Positions 41,130-51,559 of a DNA stretch of 64,000 bases are shown here, piece after piece (positions within the stretch are counted from its first letter, which is position 1; each line of letters begins with the position of its first letter). The DNA is from an uncultured Candidatus Binatia bacterium (GTDB taxonomy: Bacteria > Desulfobacterota > Binatia > Bin18): the NCBI GenBank assembly GCA_965200965.1, contig OZ241744.1, positions 800,001 to 864,000 of the forward strand, given 5' to 3'. The notes below the pieces were generated by a model, which worked only from the letters and a program-made list of their open reading frames with translations, ran no database searches and was not told where the DNA came from. A program made the position numbers and the translations under genes.

Positions 41130-41872
41130 CGCTCGACGGTGCCGCGTCATCGATCTGACAAAAATTATCGCTGGTCCGAACGCCACCCGTATGTTGGCCA
41201 CGATGGGCGCTGAGGTGATCCGGGTTGAGTGGCATGACCAGCGGGCGCTTGACCTGTTGCGCGGCGTCCAGCCCAAGGTGCCCGGTGGAGCGGCCGATAG
41301 TCCCAACCGCAGCGGCCTGTTTAACAACATCAATCCCAGCAAATACGGTATCACCTTATGAGTCTGCCCCAGGGCCGCGACTTGTTCAAACGCCTGATCG
41401 CCCGCTCCTCGGTCCTGTGCGAGAACTACAGCCCCGGTCAGATGGACCGCTGGGAGCTTGGCTATGAGGTATTGCGGGAGGTCAGCCCCGGGCTGACCTA
41501 TCTCCAGATCAGCGGCATGGGAAAGTCGGGCACCTATGATGACTATCTGAGCGTCGGCCCCACCGCCCAAGCCCTGTCGGGTTTGACCCATCTGTCGGGC
41601 TTACCCGAGCCAATGCTACCGGCCGGCTGGGGCTATTCGTATCTCAACCATTCAACTGACCCCCAGCTAAAGGCGCGCGGCGCGTTTGTGCCCTTACCGC
41701 ACTCCGAGATCGGCACTTGGCCGATTGAAGATTTTCCGGCCGCGGTCACAACATGCCGCTCAGCGTTGGCGGCGCGCCGTGCATGGGTGAGGACAACGAC
41801 ACGGTGTATCGTGACGTGCTCGGGCTGTCCGTTGAGGAAATTACCCAGCTCAGAGAGGACTGGATCATTTGA
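41130..41872 (+). pseudogene. Family III CoA-transferase (CaiB/BaiF) pseudogene
   Basis: RVIDLT..IAGP..GAEVIRVE; frameshift near 41358; large internal deletion near 41657 (SYLNHS joins DPQL); second frameshift near 41740; no clear start. Confidence 0.8.
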
Positions 41873-43130
41873 ACAGCCAAGCAGCTTTGAGCCAAGCTCT
41901 TGGGGGCAGTGTGGTTGTTGAGTGTGGCGATGAACGCGGAGAGTTCGCCGGCCTGCTGCTGGCCTCGTTTGGTGCCGAGGTGATCAAACTGGAGGAGCGT
42001 CAGGGTGCCAACTCGCGCCGCCTGGGGCCTTTTGCCTCGTTACCGCCCGGCCTGGAACACAGCCTGCACTTCCGGCGCTACAACCTGGGCAAGAAGAGCG
42101 TCGCCTGCGATCTTGAGCGGCCGGCCGTGGCGTGCTGGAACGCCTGGTCCGACGGGCCGACATCGTCATTGATTGTGGCCGGGCTGCCGATGTTGAGCCG
42201 CGGCTTGCCCTGTACCGTGACATCCAGGCGACGCGCCCCGGCCTCATCATCTGCACAATCACCCCGTTTGGGCTGGACGGTCCGTACTGCGACCTTACCA
42301 TGATCGACTTGACCCAGCTGGCAATGGGCGGGGTGATGGCCTCGTGCGGCTACGATCCGGGACCGGATGGGGTCTACGATACCCCACCCATCGCCCCCGA
42401 CATGTGGCAGGCCTCCCACATCGCCTGCGAACACGCGGTGCTGACGCTGGCCGCGGCCCTCAACTTTCGTGAGTTGACGGGTGAGGGCGATTGTATTGAT
42501 GTCTCGATCCACGAAGCGGTGAGCACCTGCACCGAAGTTGCGCTGCCCTGCTATATCTACAATCGAGACCTGCTACAGCGTCAGACCGGACGGCACGCCG
42601 CCACGGCCACGACGCCGGCATGGCTGCGTCGGACCAAAGACAGCCGGTATGTGAAGGCCTTCCTGTTTTGGGGCAGCCGTGACGCGCGGGTCATTGCCGA
42701 GATGCTTAGCGAGGCGGGGATTGAGCACAATCTTGACACTGCGGCCTACCGCCAGTTGAGCGAGCGCTCCCCGGGCGAGGCTAACAAGCAGCTGAGCACC
42801 CAGGTCGATCGGCTCGTCGCCTCAATGACCGCGGAGGAGGTCTATCATAAGGCCCAGGCCAAAGGCTTGTTGTGGGCCAGCGTGCGCTCCCCGGAAGAAA
42901 ATCTGGACGACCTGCACTTCCAGGCGCGGGGGACGTTTCAGGCCATCCATCAGCCACAAATCGGCCGCGAACTATACTTCCCGGTGTCAGCCGCCACCGA
43001 CGGCCATGACCGGATGACTGACTTCAAGCGCGGCGCGCCGTTCTTGGGCCAGCACACGCGGGAAGTGCTGTCAGGGCTTGGATTTGACGAGGCTGGACTA
43101 GACCGCCTGGCCGCCCAAGGCGTCATCTAG
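41869..43130 (+). pseudogene. Second family III CoA-transferase, frameshifted
   Basis: LASFGAEVIKLE...NLGKKS in ORF 41869; continues in ORF 42132-43130 (ITPFGLDGPY, APFLGQHT) after a frameshift near 42125. Confidence 0.8.
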
Positions 43131-43152
43131 GCGCGGGGGAGGGGGAGGCCGG

Positions 43153-43461
43153 GTGGGAGAACTCATGCGCTGCCAGAAAGCCCGGATCGTTGAGCCGGAA
43201 AGCTGGGACTTGATTCATCCAGACTCGCACGCCTGGGTGCGGCGCAATCTCGGTGCCGAGTTGTGGGTGGAGGCGGTCCCGCCACACAAGAGTATCCCCT
43301 CACTGCACGGCGGCGAGGTCAACAATTCGGTCAAGACGCCCTATCTGTGGCTGGGACGGGTGCGCTATTGGATGTCGATGGATGTTCTGGAACTCCTGGC
43401 CGAGAGCGCCGAGGTCGCCGACCAGCCCCTTCTGAACTGGATGGATGCCCGACGCTTCTGA
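43153..43461 (+). CDS. Hypothetical protein (102 aa)
   Basis: Strong SD GGAGG, GC3-biased codons, fills the gap between genes; no family recognised. Confidence 0.6.
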   Translation: MGELMRCQKARIVEPESWDLIHPDSHAWVRRNLGAELWVEAVPPHKSIPSLHGGEVNNSVKTPYLWLGRVRYWMSMDVLELLAESAEVADQPLLNWMDARRF

Positions 43462-43496
43462 TCGGCCCGGAGTTGGTAGGCCGGCCGCTAGGCAAT

Positions 43497-43961
43497 TCAG
43501 TCTGGGCAGTGCTGTATCAGTTCCAGGGTCGTGCCATCGGGGTCACGGAAATAGACTGCTTTGACCTTGCCGTAGCCCTCGCCCCCAAGGTCAAACAACT
43601 GCGGGGCCGAATAGAACTTGACCCCCTTGGCCCGCAAGTTTTCGTAGGTCCGGTCAATATCCTTGACCCAAAACGCGACTTCGGTGATCCCGGGGTTGGT
43701 CAGCCCGGGATACGGCCTGCCGTCGTTTGCGGCCGGCTCAATGAAATGCAGGAGTTCAATCGGCGGGCTGCCTGGGTCGTCTTTGTAGCGCAGATACACG
43801 GCACGCAGCGTGGTGTTTGGGACTTGGGTGACGGTGCTGGCCTCCTGGCCGTCGATAGTAACATCCCCAATCACCTTGAGGCCCAGCGTATCACGATAAA
43901 ACTCAAGCGCTCTGTCCAGATCTCTGACCGTAATCCCGATGTGGGCAACAGTTCCTAACAT
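43497..43961 (-). CDS. VOC/glyoxalase family protein
   Basis: HIGITVRDLDRALEFY, IELL, YFRDPDGTTLEL. Confidence 0.92.
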   Translation of the reverse strand: MLGTVAHIGITVRDLDRALEFYRDTLGLKVIGDVTIDGQEASTVTQVPNTTLRAVYLRYKDDPGSPPIELLHFIEPAANDGRPYPGLTNPGITEVAFWVKDIDRTYENLRAKGVKFYSAPQLFDLGGEGYGKVKAVYFRDPDGTTLELIQHCPD

Positions 43962-44294
43962 GGCTCTCCCTCCTTGTGGCGTGTCGTAGTTGGCAGACTA
44001 GCGCCAACTTCAAGCCGGGTCTATGGCCGGGGAACAATTTCCAGGCGTACAGGGGGAGCGTTGGCAAGTACCCCCGGGAGCTTTCGCCAGCATAAAAGAT
44101 ATCGTCAGGCAGCACCTAAAGCCTTAACCCGGTCTGGTTCGTCCGTTGGTTTCCCTCAAAAACCGTGCTTCAGTGACACGCTTACAGGCCTTGCCGCGGC
44201 TTTGGTGTTCAGCCACCCCGCCCTTGCCCTATGACAGGACCACGGCAGAAGGCTATGGGGAATCTCTTATTAGGCTTGCTGCTACGTCAGTCCT

Positions 44295-44530
44295 TTGGGC
44301 AACTCACCCTCTGCCTGCCCTGACCAATATATCCGAATTGCTGGCGGGCTCCATATTCCGCCCGTGGCTCGGAATATCGGTCGAGTGGCCTGGAATATCA
44401 GCCGGGGTGATACCGAAGCCGTTTGCGGAGACCAAGACAACGGGTTCATCACTCAATGGAACTGGACCTTGATGGGGGAAGGGACCTATACCGCGGCGCT
44501 TGTGGTAGACGGAAAGACCGTTCAGATAAT
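44295..44530 (+). pseudogene. Fragment of the same secreted domain family as 13093-13658
   Basis: RGDTEAVCGDQDNGFITQWNWTLMGEGTYTAALVVDG matches RAEVRHVCGTVNHGFIIQINWALLGDGEHTAVACDDG; cut off near the convergent FG-GAP gene. Confidence 0.55.
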
Positions 44531-44549
44531 GATAATCAGCGGATGCGGG

Positions 44550-45959
44550 CTATTGCGACTGAAAGACGAAGATCCGTCCGGTTGCGACGTTATTGCCAAT
44601 CGTCTGGCCGGCCGCACCAATGGCGAACTCCGGGATGCCGTCGCCGTGCAAATCACCCGGCGAGGCCAGGGTGTAGCCAAACTTTGAGCCCTGGTGCGGG
44701 TTGGGGTTGTCAAAGGTGATCAGGTGGCGGCCGTCCCAGCCGTTAAACACAAACACCGCGCCCTGAATCTGAAACTCGTCCACCGTCTGGTGCGGCGCGC
44801 TGACCAATATCTCCGAAGCGCCATCCTCATTGATATCAGATGTCCAGGCTACCCGATAGCCAAAGCCAGCGTAGGCGTTGTTCAGGCCCGGGTTATGCAG
44901 GGACAGCAGCCGGCTGCCATCCGTCCCGCTGAACACATAGGCCTCGCCCTGGGCGCGGTTTGACTGCACATCTTTGTACGGCGCGCCCACCAGGGTGTCG
45001 GCGGTGCCGTCTTTATTGATGTCGCCGCCCGAGGCGATGTGCCAGCCAAAGACCGACCCGGCCCGGGGCTCGGGCGCGTCGATGGCGTACAGCAGGCTCA
45101 GGTCTCGGCCACTCATGGCGTACACCCGTCCCAGTATCCGGTGTTGGTCTACGCTGGTATACGGCGCACCGATCACTACATCCGGCGTCCCGTCCTTGTT
45201 GAGGTCGCCGGCACCGGCAACAGACCAGCCAAAGGTATCCTGGCCGGGCGGGGCCGGCGGTGCCAGGGTATGCAGCGGGCTGCCGTCCTGGCCGTTGAAG
45301 ATGTACGCCCGTCCTGACCCGTTTTGGGCCGGCGCGCCGATCAGGATTTCAGCAATGCCGTCACCGCTGAGGTCGCCGAGCGCTGCGACCGAAAAACCAA
45401 AAGCGGCCCCGGCATCCTGCTCGGGGGCTTGGACCGTATACAGCAGTTGACCGTTCTTGGCGCTGAACACAAAGGCTTGGCCACTGCCGACTTTTTTGAG
45501 TTCCGGGCTTTCGGTTCCACCGTCCCGCTGGGCGTCAATGGTGAGCGACAGGGCGCTGCCGGCCTTTCCCTGGCCGATGGCACCGACCACTAAATCGGCG
45601 ACCGCGTCGGCGTCAATGTCGTCAACGCGGGCCAGGGCAAACCCAAAGGCCGAGTCTGGCTGGGGCATGGGATTATCAATCGTGTACAGCAGCATCCCGC
45701 TGCGCCCGCTATACACAAAGACCCGTCCCTGCCGGTCATTGTTGTCTACCCGGTGTTGATAGGCACCGATCACATAGTCCGGCGTTCCGTCGGCATCGAC
45801 ATCGCCGACGATAGCAAACGCAGAAGCAAAACCGGTCAAGGGTAGCTTGGCGGGATGGTCAATGTTCATCACGCGCGGCTCTGCTCCGGCGGGTGTGTGG
45901 CAGACAAACAGGACGGCCAGGAATAGGGTTGGCGGACAGACACGCGGGAAGAATGGCAC
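44550..45959 (-). CDS. Secreted FG-GAP repeat (integrin-alpha-like) seven-bladed beta-propeller
   Basis: Signal peptide then seven FG...DxxxDG...GAP repeats; start approximate (GTG 45959). Confidence 0.9.
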   Translation of the reverse strand: MPFFPRVCPPTLFLAVLFVCHTPAGAEPRVMNIDHPAKLPLTGFASAFAIVGDVDADGTPDYVIGAYQHRVDNNDRQGRVFVYSGRSGMLLYTIDNPMPQPDSAFGFALARVDDIDADAVADLVVGAIGQGKAGSALSLTIDAQRDGGTESPELKKVGSGQAFVFSAKNGQLLYTVQAPEQDAGAAFGFSVAALGDLSGDGIAEILIGAPAQNGSGRAYIFNGQDGSPLHTLAPPAPPGQDTFGWSVAGAGDLNKDGTPDVVIGAPYTSVDQHRILGRVYAMSGRDLSLLYAIDAPEPRAGSVFGWHIASGGDINKDGTADTLVGAPYKDVQSNRAQGEAYVFSGTDGSRLLSLHNPGLNNAYAGFGYRVAWTSDINEDGASEILVSAPHQTVDEFQIQGAVFVFNGWDGRHLITFDNPNPHQGSKFGYTLASPGDLHGDGIPEFAIGAAGQTIGNNVATGRIFVFQSQ

Positions 45960-46115
45960 GGCAGTCGCTCCTTTGGCTGAATAGAGGTGCAAGAGACAAA
46001 GGGTATCAGGCGAGCCGCCCGACGGCAAGGGGAAAGGCTGTGGCCCGGGCGGCGGCACGTTGCGGTGGGGGGCAATACCTGTAAGACTGCCTCCGAGTTG
46101 AGAAAGGAGCCCACT

Positions 46116-46973
46116 ATGAGTTACGAACAGATTCTGTATAAGGTCCAGGACGGGGTGGCGACCGTGACGCTCAACCGACCCGACCGCCTCAACGCCTGGA
46201 CCCCGGTCATGGAGCGGGAGGTACGGGAGGCCATGACCGCGGCAACGGCTGACGAGGCGGTACGGGTGATCATCCTGACTGGAGCCGGCCGCGGCTTCTG
46301 CTCGGGTGCCGACATGTCAGGGCTGAGTGAGGCCAGCCAGAGCACCGCGCCGGACGCTGCTCCACGCGACCGCCACGCCGTCATGCGGGCTGATGGATAT
46401 GCCGCCGGTCCAATCGCCGGCGGGCTTGACCTGCCGCAGGCTTTCTCGTATCGCCACGCCTATTTCCCGAGTGTGCCCAAGCCGATTATTGCCGCCCTCA
46501 ACGGCCCGACCGCCGGCATCGGGCTGATTGTCGCCCTGTACGCTGATATCCGCTTTGCCTCCGAGGCCGCGGTCTTTACCACTGCCTTTGCCCGTCGGGG
46601 GCTGGTGGCCGAGCACGGCATTGACTGGATTCTGCCGCGTATCGTTGGCCTGCCGAACGCGCTGGACCTGCTCCTGTCGGCCCGAAAAATTAGCGCCGAA
46701 GAAGCCCTGCACATGGGCTTGGTGAACAAGGTTTTTGCCCGCGAGTCGCTCATGGAAGAGGTGCGCGCCTATGCGCTGGAGTTGGTCCTGATGGTCTCTC
46801 CACGCTCCATGCGGACCATGAAACAGCAGCTCTTCCGGGCCCAGAACCTGGACTTTGGGCAAGCCCTGTACACCTCTCTTCCAGATGTGGTGGACAGCCT
46901 GCACAGCGAGGACTTTCGAGAGGGGGTAGCGCATTTCGTTGAAAAACGCGTGCCGCGCTTCTCTGGTCGTTAG
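46116..46973 (+). CDS. Enoyl-CoA hydratase/isomerase family protein
   Basis: TLNRPDRLNA, GRGFCSGAD, KPIIAALNG, DFREGV..F.EKR; SD AAGGAG. Confidence 0.93.
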   Translation: MSYEQILYKVQDGVATVTLNRPDRLNAWTPVMEREVREAMTAATADEAVRVIILTGAGRGFCSGADMSGLSEASQSTAPDAAPRDRHAVMRADGYAAGPIAGGLDLPQAFSYRHAYFPSVPKPIIAALNGPTAGIGLIVALYADIRFASEAAVFTTAFARRGLVAEHGIDWILPRIVGLPNALDLLLSARKISAEEALHMGLVNKVFARESLMEEVRAYALELVLMVSPRSMRTMKQQLFRAQNLDFGQALYTSLPDVVDSLHSEDFREGVAHFVEKRVPRFSGR

Positions 46974-46976
46974 CGG

Positions 46977-47192
46977 CTACCAGTCGTCGTCGGCGTCGCC
47001 GGCCGGACTGTGGAGGCGGACGACGAGCGGCTCAGGCGTCTCGTCAAGTGGGCTGACGGTGAGTTGCTCAAGCGGCAGTTCACTGCCGGCCGCGGGACAC
47101 GACAGATAGACACGCAGTTCGCCGTGCTGGTCGTAGATCTCGTGCAGGTTCTGCAACAACTGCGACAGGGTGATGGATGGTTGCGCGTTCAT
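46977..47192 (-). CDS. Small hypothetical protein (71 aa), probably leaderless
   Basis: TGC-TAGCAT 6 nt before the ATG; fills the intergenic gap. Confidence 0.5.
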   Translation of the reverse strand: MNAQPSITLSQLLQNLHEIYDQHGELRVYLSCPAAGSELPLEQLTVSPLDETPEPLVVRLHSPAGDADDDW

Positions 47193-47247
47193 GGCCCAAT
47201 GCTAGCACACCGCGCCGTGGGGGAAAGGCCGACAGAGAGGTCGGAGT

Positions 47248-49299
47248 ATGCGAGTTGGTTTTGATATTGGCGGGACATTCACTGATGTGATCGTCCTCGG
47301 GGATGACGGGAGGCTGAGCACCACCAAGGTGTTGTCGCTGCTCGACCGGGTGGGCGAGGATATTGTGGAGTTGATCCAGCACCCGGCCGACGCTCAGCTT
47401 GAGGGTTTTGTCCACGGCACGACGATTGCGTCTAACGCGGTGATTGAAAACAAGACGGCAAGGACCGGGCTGATTACCACTACGGGCTTCCGGGATGAGC
47501 TGGAGATGCGCGGCCAGCGCCGGCCCAATATCTACGACGCCTCGTGGGACCGCCTGCCGCCGCTGATTCCGCGCTCGCTGCGCCTGGAGGTCAATGAGCG
47601 CATCCTGGGCAGCGGGGAGGTTGAGCAGCCGCTTCAGCTTGACGATGCCCGCCAGCGTATTCAGCAGCTCTTGAACGAGCGGGTTGAGGCCATCGCAGTG
47701 TGTTTGCTTAACGCCTATCTGAACCCCGCGCATGAGCGCCAGATCGGTCAGCTTATTGCCGACATGGCTCCCGATACGGTGGTGTGCCTGTCGTCTGAGG
47801 TACACCCCGAGATCCGTGAGTATGAACGGACAAGCACCACGGTTATTAACGCCTCGCTCATTCCTGTGGTTGACCGCTATCTTGACCGGCTGGAGCGGCA
47901 TCTTTCGGCCTACAGCGATCGGCTGCTCATCATGCAGTCCAACGGCGGCATTATGAGCTCACGAACCGCCCGGCGGCACCCGGCGTATATGATCGAGTCC
48001 GGCCCCGCGGCCGGGGTGCTGGCCGCGGCCCGGCTGGTGTCGGAGACCGGCCAGGATGCAGTGCTGTCTTTTGATATGGGCGGGACAACAGCCAAGGCGT
48101 GTCTGATTGAAAAGGGTATGCCGCTGGAAAAGGCTGGGGGTGAGGTTGGGGGCGGGGCAACCATGACAACGCGCCTGTTTGGCGGGGCCGGGCACGCCTT
48201 GCGCGCGCCGTCGCTCGATATTGTGGAGGTCGGGGCCGGCGGCGGCAGCGTGGCCTGGATTGAGGCTGGCGGGGCGCTGCGGGTCGGGCCGCACAGCGCC
48301 GGGGCCGAACCGGGCCCGGTGTGTTATGGCCGGGACGGCCGGGAGCCGACGGTGACCGACGCCAATGTTGCGCTGGGCTATATGAATCCCGAGGCCATAG
48401 CCGGTGCCACCCTCAGGATCAACCGACCGGCCGCCCTGGCCGCGATCCAGGCCCAGATTGCCGAGCCGCTGCGGCTCGAGGTGTTGCCCGCGGCCTACGG
48501 CATCGTCCAGGTGGCGAACTCAACCATGATGCGGGCCCTGCGGGCGGTTTCGACCGAGCGGGGCCGTGACCCGCGCGAGTTTACGCTGATCGCGTTTGGC
48601 GGTGCCGGGCCGATCCACGCAGTGGCTCTGGCCGAGAGCCTGGGCATGACCAGCGTCCTGGTTCCGCCGTACCCCGGCCTGTTCAGCGCCCTCGGCCTGC
48701 TGCTGGCCGATTATCGGCACGACTATGTGCGCAGCGTGGCCCTGGCCCTGGAGCGGCTTGAGCCGCAATCCATTCTTGAGCAGTTTGCTGAGATGGAAGC
48801 AGCAGCCCGGGCGGAACTGCTGGCCGAGGGCATTGGCGGCGAGGCCATTCGCTTTGAGCGTCAGGTTGACCTGCGCCACAGCTATCAGGTCTCGGAGCTG
48901 ACCCAGCCCTTCCCGTCGCTTGCGCCGGGCGAGCTGGCGGGTGAGCTGGCCCGGCTGTTCACCCAGGCTCATCTCCAAGCCTTTGGTTATGAGCGGGACG
49001 ACACCATTGAGTTGGTCAGCCTGCGTCTGCGGGCGCTGGCCTCGGCCAGCACAGTCCGTTTCTCTGACCTGCTAGGCCGGATACCCCCGGCTGACCCTAC
49101 CCAAGCCACCGCCCGCCAAGCGTATTTCGGCCCCAGGCACGGCGTGCGGGAAACGGCGATTCGCCGACGGGCGGATATCAGCGCCACTCAGCCCGGGCCG
49201 CTGATCGTTGAAGAGCCGGACACCACCGTGGTCGTGCCGCCAGGGTGGTCGGCAAGCCGGGACAGGCTGGACAATCTGATTCTGGAGTGGCAGGGCTGA
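47248..49299 (+). CDS. Hydantoinase/oxoprolinase A subunit (ATP-binding)
   Basis: DIGGTFTD, HGTTIASNA, SGPAAG, DMGGTT, GAGGGS, PTVTDAN, FGGAGP. Confidence 0.95.
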   Translation: MRVGFDIGGTFTDVIVLGDDGRLSTTKVLSLLDRVGEDIVELIQHPADAQLEGFVHGTTIASNAVIENKTARTGLITTTGFRDELEMRGQRRPNIYDASWDRLPPLIPRSLRLEVNERILGSGEVEQPLQLDDARQRIQQLLNERVEAIAVCLLNAYLNPAHERQIGQLIADMAPDTVVCLSSEVHPEIREYERTSTTVINASLIPVVDRYLDRLERHLSAYSDRLLIMQSNGGIMSSRTARRHPAYMIESGPAAGVLAAARLVSETGQDAVLSFDMGGTTAKACLIEKGMPLEKAGGEVGGGATMTTRLFGGAGHALRAPSLDIVEVGAGGGSVAWIEAGGALRVGPHSAGAEPGPVCYGRDGREPTVTDANVALGYMNPEAIAGATLRINRPAALAAIQAQIAEPLRLEVLPAAYGIVQVANSTMMRALRAVSTERGRDPREFTLIAFGGAGPIHAVALAESLGMTSVLVPPYPGLFSALGLLLADYRHDYVRSVALALERLEPQSILEQFAEMEAAARAELLAEGIGGEAIRFERQVDLRHSYQVSELTQPFPSLAPGELAGELARLFTQAHLQAFGYERDDTIELVSLRLRALASASTVRFSDLLGRIPPADPTQATARQAYFGPRHGVRETAIRRRADISATQPGPLIVEEPDTTVVVPPGWSASRDRLDNLILEWQG

Positions 49300-49437
49300 G
49301 CCGCGGTCAGGGGAGGGCAGCGGCAAGGTCAATGGCTACAGGCCGGCCATTTTTCCCTTGTCCTGCCTGCCCTTGTCGTTGTAGCCTGAAAATGATACAG
49401 AGTTTGAATCTGTAGTTATCCCACATACAAGGAGGAG

Positions 49438-49821
49438 TTGGCCATGATCAAACTCAAATCCGTCCGTCACGCCGGTGTGCCGATCACCGACCTCAGAAAA
49501 GCCAAATCGTTCTATAAGATGCTCGGTTTTGAAGAAATCGAACGGCCGAAAATCAAAGGCGTTCCTGGTGCCTGGTACGAATGTGACGGAACCCAGGTCC
49601 ACCTTATCGGTCAGCGCAACGAGATGGCGGCCAAAAACCTGCCCGGCGTGGGCGCGCATTTGGCCTTGCAGGTCGAAGATCTCGCAGAAGCCAAGAAAGT
49701 CCTGAAGCGCAGAAAAATCGAATTTGCCGAGTTTACCCCACCGCCCAGCTTTGGCGGTGGTCCGGTCCTGTTCCTCAGAGACCCGGACGGCAACGCGGTT
49801 GAGTTGCGGACCGACCCGTAA
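49438..49821 (+). CDS. VOC/glyoxalase family protein
   Basis: HAG..ITDL.KAKSFY, QVHLI, HLAL.V.D, LRDPDGNAVEL; SD AAGGAGG. Confidence 0.9.
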   Translation: MAMIKLKSVRHAGVPITDLRKAKSFYKMLGFEEIERPKIKGVPGAWYECDGTQVHLIGQRNEMAAKNLPGVGAHLALQVEDLAEAKKVLKRRKIEFAEFTPPPSFGGGPVLFLRDPDGNAVELRTDP

Positions 49822-49910
49822 GCCTCGGCCGTCTCAGAGGGAACTGTGCCGCGCGTGGAGAGTTCCCTCATCGGTCTTCCCCGTGCTCTCTGCGCCTAAG
49901 GAGACTGGTC

Positions 49911-50384
49911 ATGCGGATCGAAATTCATCCCAAGCCGGATGGCATGCAACACATCAATCTCATGTTCTGTGAAGACAGCCCGGACCCGGAAGACATCTGG
50001 ATCGCTGACCGTATCCAGGCGTTTCCGGTTCCGCCCAAACGAACCCTGGAGTGGGAACGCGAAGGCCGCCAGTATACGGTCTTGCAGTTTGGACAGTGTG
50101 TCATCGGCCATGTGATGTTTGACATTGAAAAACATAAGGGCATTGTCGATCAGCTCAGCCAAGTGTGCCGCGCGGAGATTGAACGGCTGACCGCCGAGGG
50201 AATGGATAAGACGGTCGTCCTGCGGCTCATTTCTGAGACTGCCTTAGCCTTTCACTGCCAAGCCAGGTTTGGCATCAGCAGCGACGGGGAGGTCGGCATC
50301 ACCCTTGACGCCGAGCAGGCTCGGGAGCGGCTGCGGCAAGCGATACACGAAGAGTGTGGCGAGCCAGCCGAATTGCCTGGGTAA
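49911..50384 (+). CDS. Hypothetical protein (157 aa)
   Basis: SD AAGGAG, co-oriented and tightly spaced with flanking genes; no family recognised. Confidence 0.7.
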   Translation: MRIEIHPKPDGMQHINLMFCEDSPDPEDIWIADRIQAFPVPPKRTLEWEREGRQYTVLQFGQCVIGHVMFDIEKHKGIVDQLSQVCRAEIERLTAEGMDKTVVLRLISETALAFHCQARFGISSDGEVGITLDAEQARERLRQAIHEECGEPAELPG

Positions 50385-50398
50385 AGGAGACAGTGTTG

Positions 50399-51559
50399 AT
50401 GTTTACCGCCCCGTCCAGATATTTTAACCAGGAACATGAACTCTTCCGCGAACAGGTGCGGAACTTCGTGAATAAAGAGATTGAACCATATCTTGACCAG
50501 TGGGAAGAAGATCGCCTTTTTCCCAAATCGGTCTATCGCCGCATGGGTGACCTCGGTTTTCTCGGCATCCGGCTGCCCGAAGAGTACGGCGGCAGCGACG
50601 GCGACATCTGGATGGCGCTCGTCTTCTGCGAAGAGCTGTGCCGCTGTCATGCCCTCGGCCTGCCAATGAGCGTGCTGGTGCATACCGACATGTCCAGCAC
50701 CCATATTGCCCGCTACGGTACGCCACAGCAGAAGGACAGGTATCTGCGGCCCCTCATCAGTGGCGAGCAGGTGTGCGCGATCGCGGTATCCGAGCCCTCG
50801 GGCGGCTCGAATGTCGCCGGGATTCAGACCACCGCGGTTAAGGACGGGGATGGGTATGTCATCAATGGAACAAAAATTTTCATCACCAATTCGGTCCATG
50901 CCGATACCTTCTGTGTGGCGGCCAAAACCGACAAAGCCGCCGGCCACAAGGGCGTGTCCATGTTCATTGTCGAGCGGGACAGCCCCGGCTTTCAGTTAGC
51001 CAAAAAGCTCAGAAAGATGGGCAATCACTCTTCGGACACCGGCGAGCTGGTGTTTGAGGATGTGCGGGTCCCGCGCGAAAATCTGCTGGGCGAAGAGGGC
51101 CAGGGCTTTTACTACATCATGAAGAACTTCCAGGATGAGCGGCTGATCGCGGCCAGCATGGCGGTCAGCGCCTCGCAGCGCGCCCTGGAAGATACCATTT
51201 GCTATACCCGCCAACGAGAGACCTTTGGCAAACGGGTCTTTGACCACCAGGCTATCGGCCATCGCCTAGCCGACCTTGCCACCAAGCTCGAGGCTGCCCG
51301 CCAGTTGACCTATTACGCCGCGGATGTCCTGAACAGCGGATGTGACGCCAGCACAGAAGTGTCAATGGCCAAACTGTACGCAACCGAGTTAGCCAATGAG
51401 TTGGCCTACGAATGTTTGCAATTTCACGGCGGCTATGGCTACATGGAAGAGTTCCACATTGAGCGTTTTTATCGAGACATGCGGATGACCAACATCGGAG
51501 GGGGAACCTCGGAGGTTATGCGCGAGATTATTGCCTATCGGGGATTGGACCGGGACTAA
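50399..51559 (+). CDS. Acyl-CoA dehydrogenase (long-chain/AtuD-like)
   Basis: AVSEPSGGS, INGTKIFITN, FQDERL, QFHGGYGY, IGGGTSEV. Confidence 0.95.
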   Translation: MFTAPSRYFNQEHELFREQVRNFVNKEIEPYLDQWEEDRLFPKSVYRRMGDLGFLGIRLPEEYGGSDGDIWMALVFCEELCRCHALGLPMSVLVHTDMSSTHIARYGTPQQKDRYLRPLISGEQVCAIAVSEPSGGSNVAGIQTTAVKDGDGYVINGTKIFITNSVHADTFCVAAKTDKAAGHKGVSMFIVERDSPGFQLAKKLRKMGNHSSDTGELVFEDVRVPRENLLGEEGQGFYYIMKNFQDERLIAASMAVSASQRALEDTICYTRQRETFGKRVFDHQAIGHRLADLATKLEAARQLTYYAADVLNSGCDASTEVSMAKLYATELANELAYECLQFHGGYGYMEEFHIERFYRDMRMTNIGGGTSEVMREIIAYRGLDRD

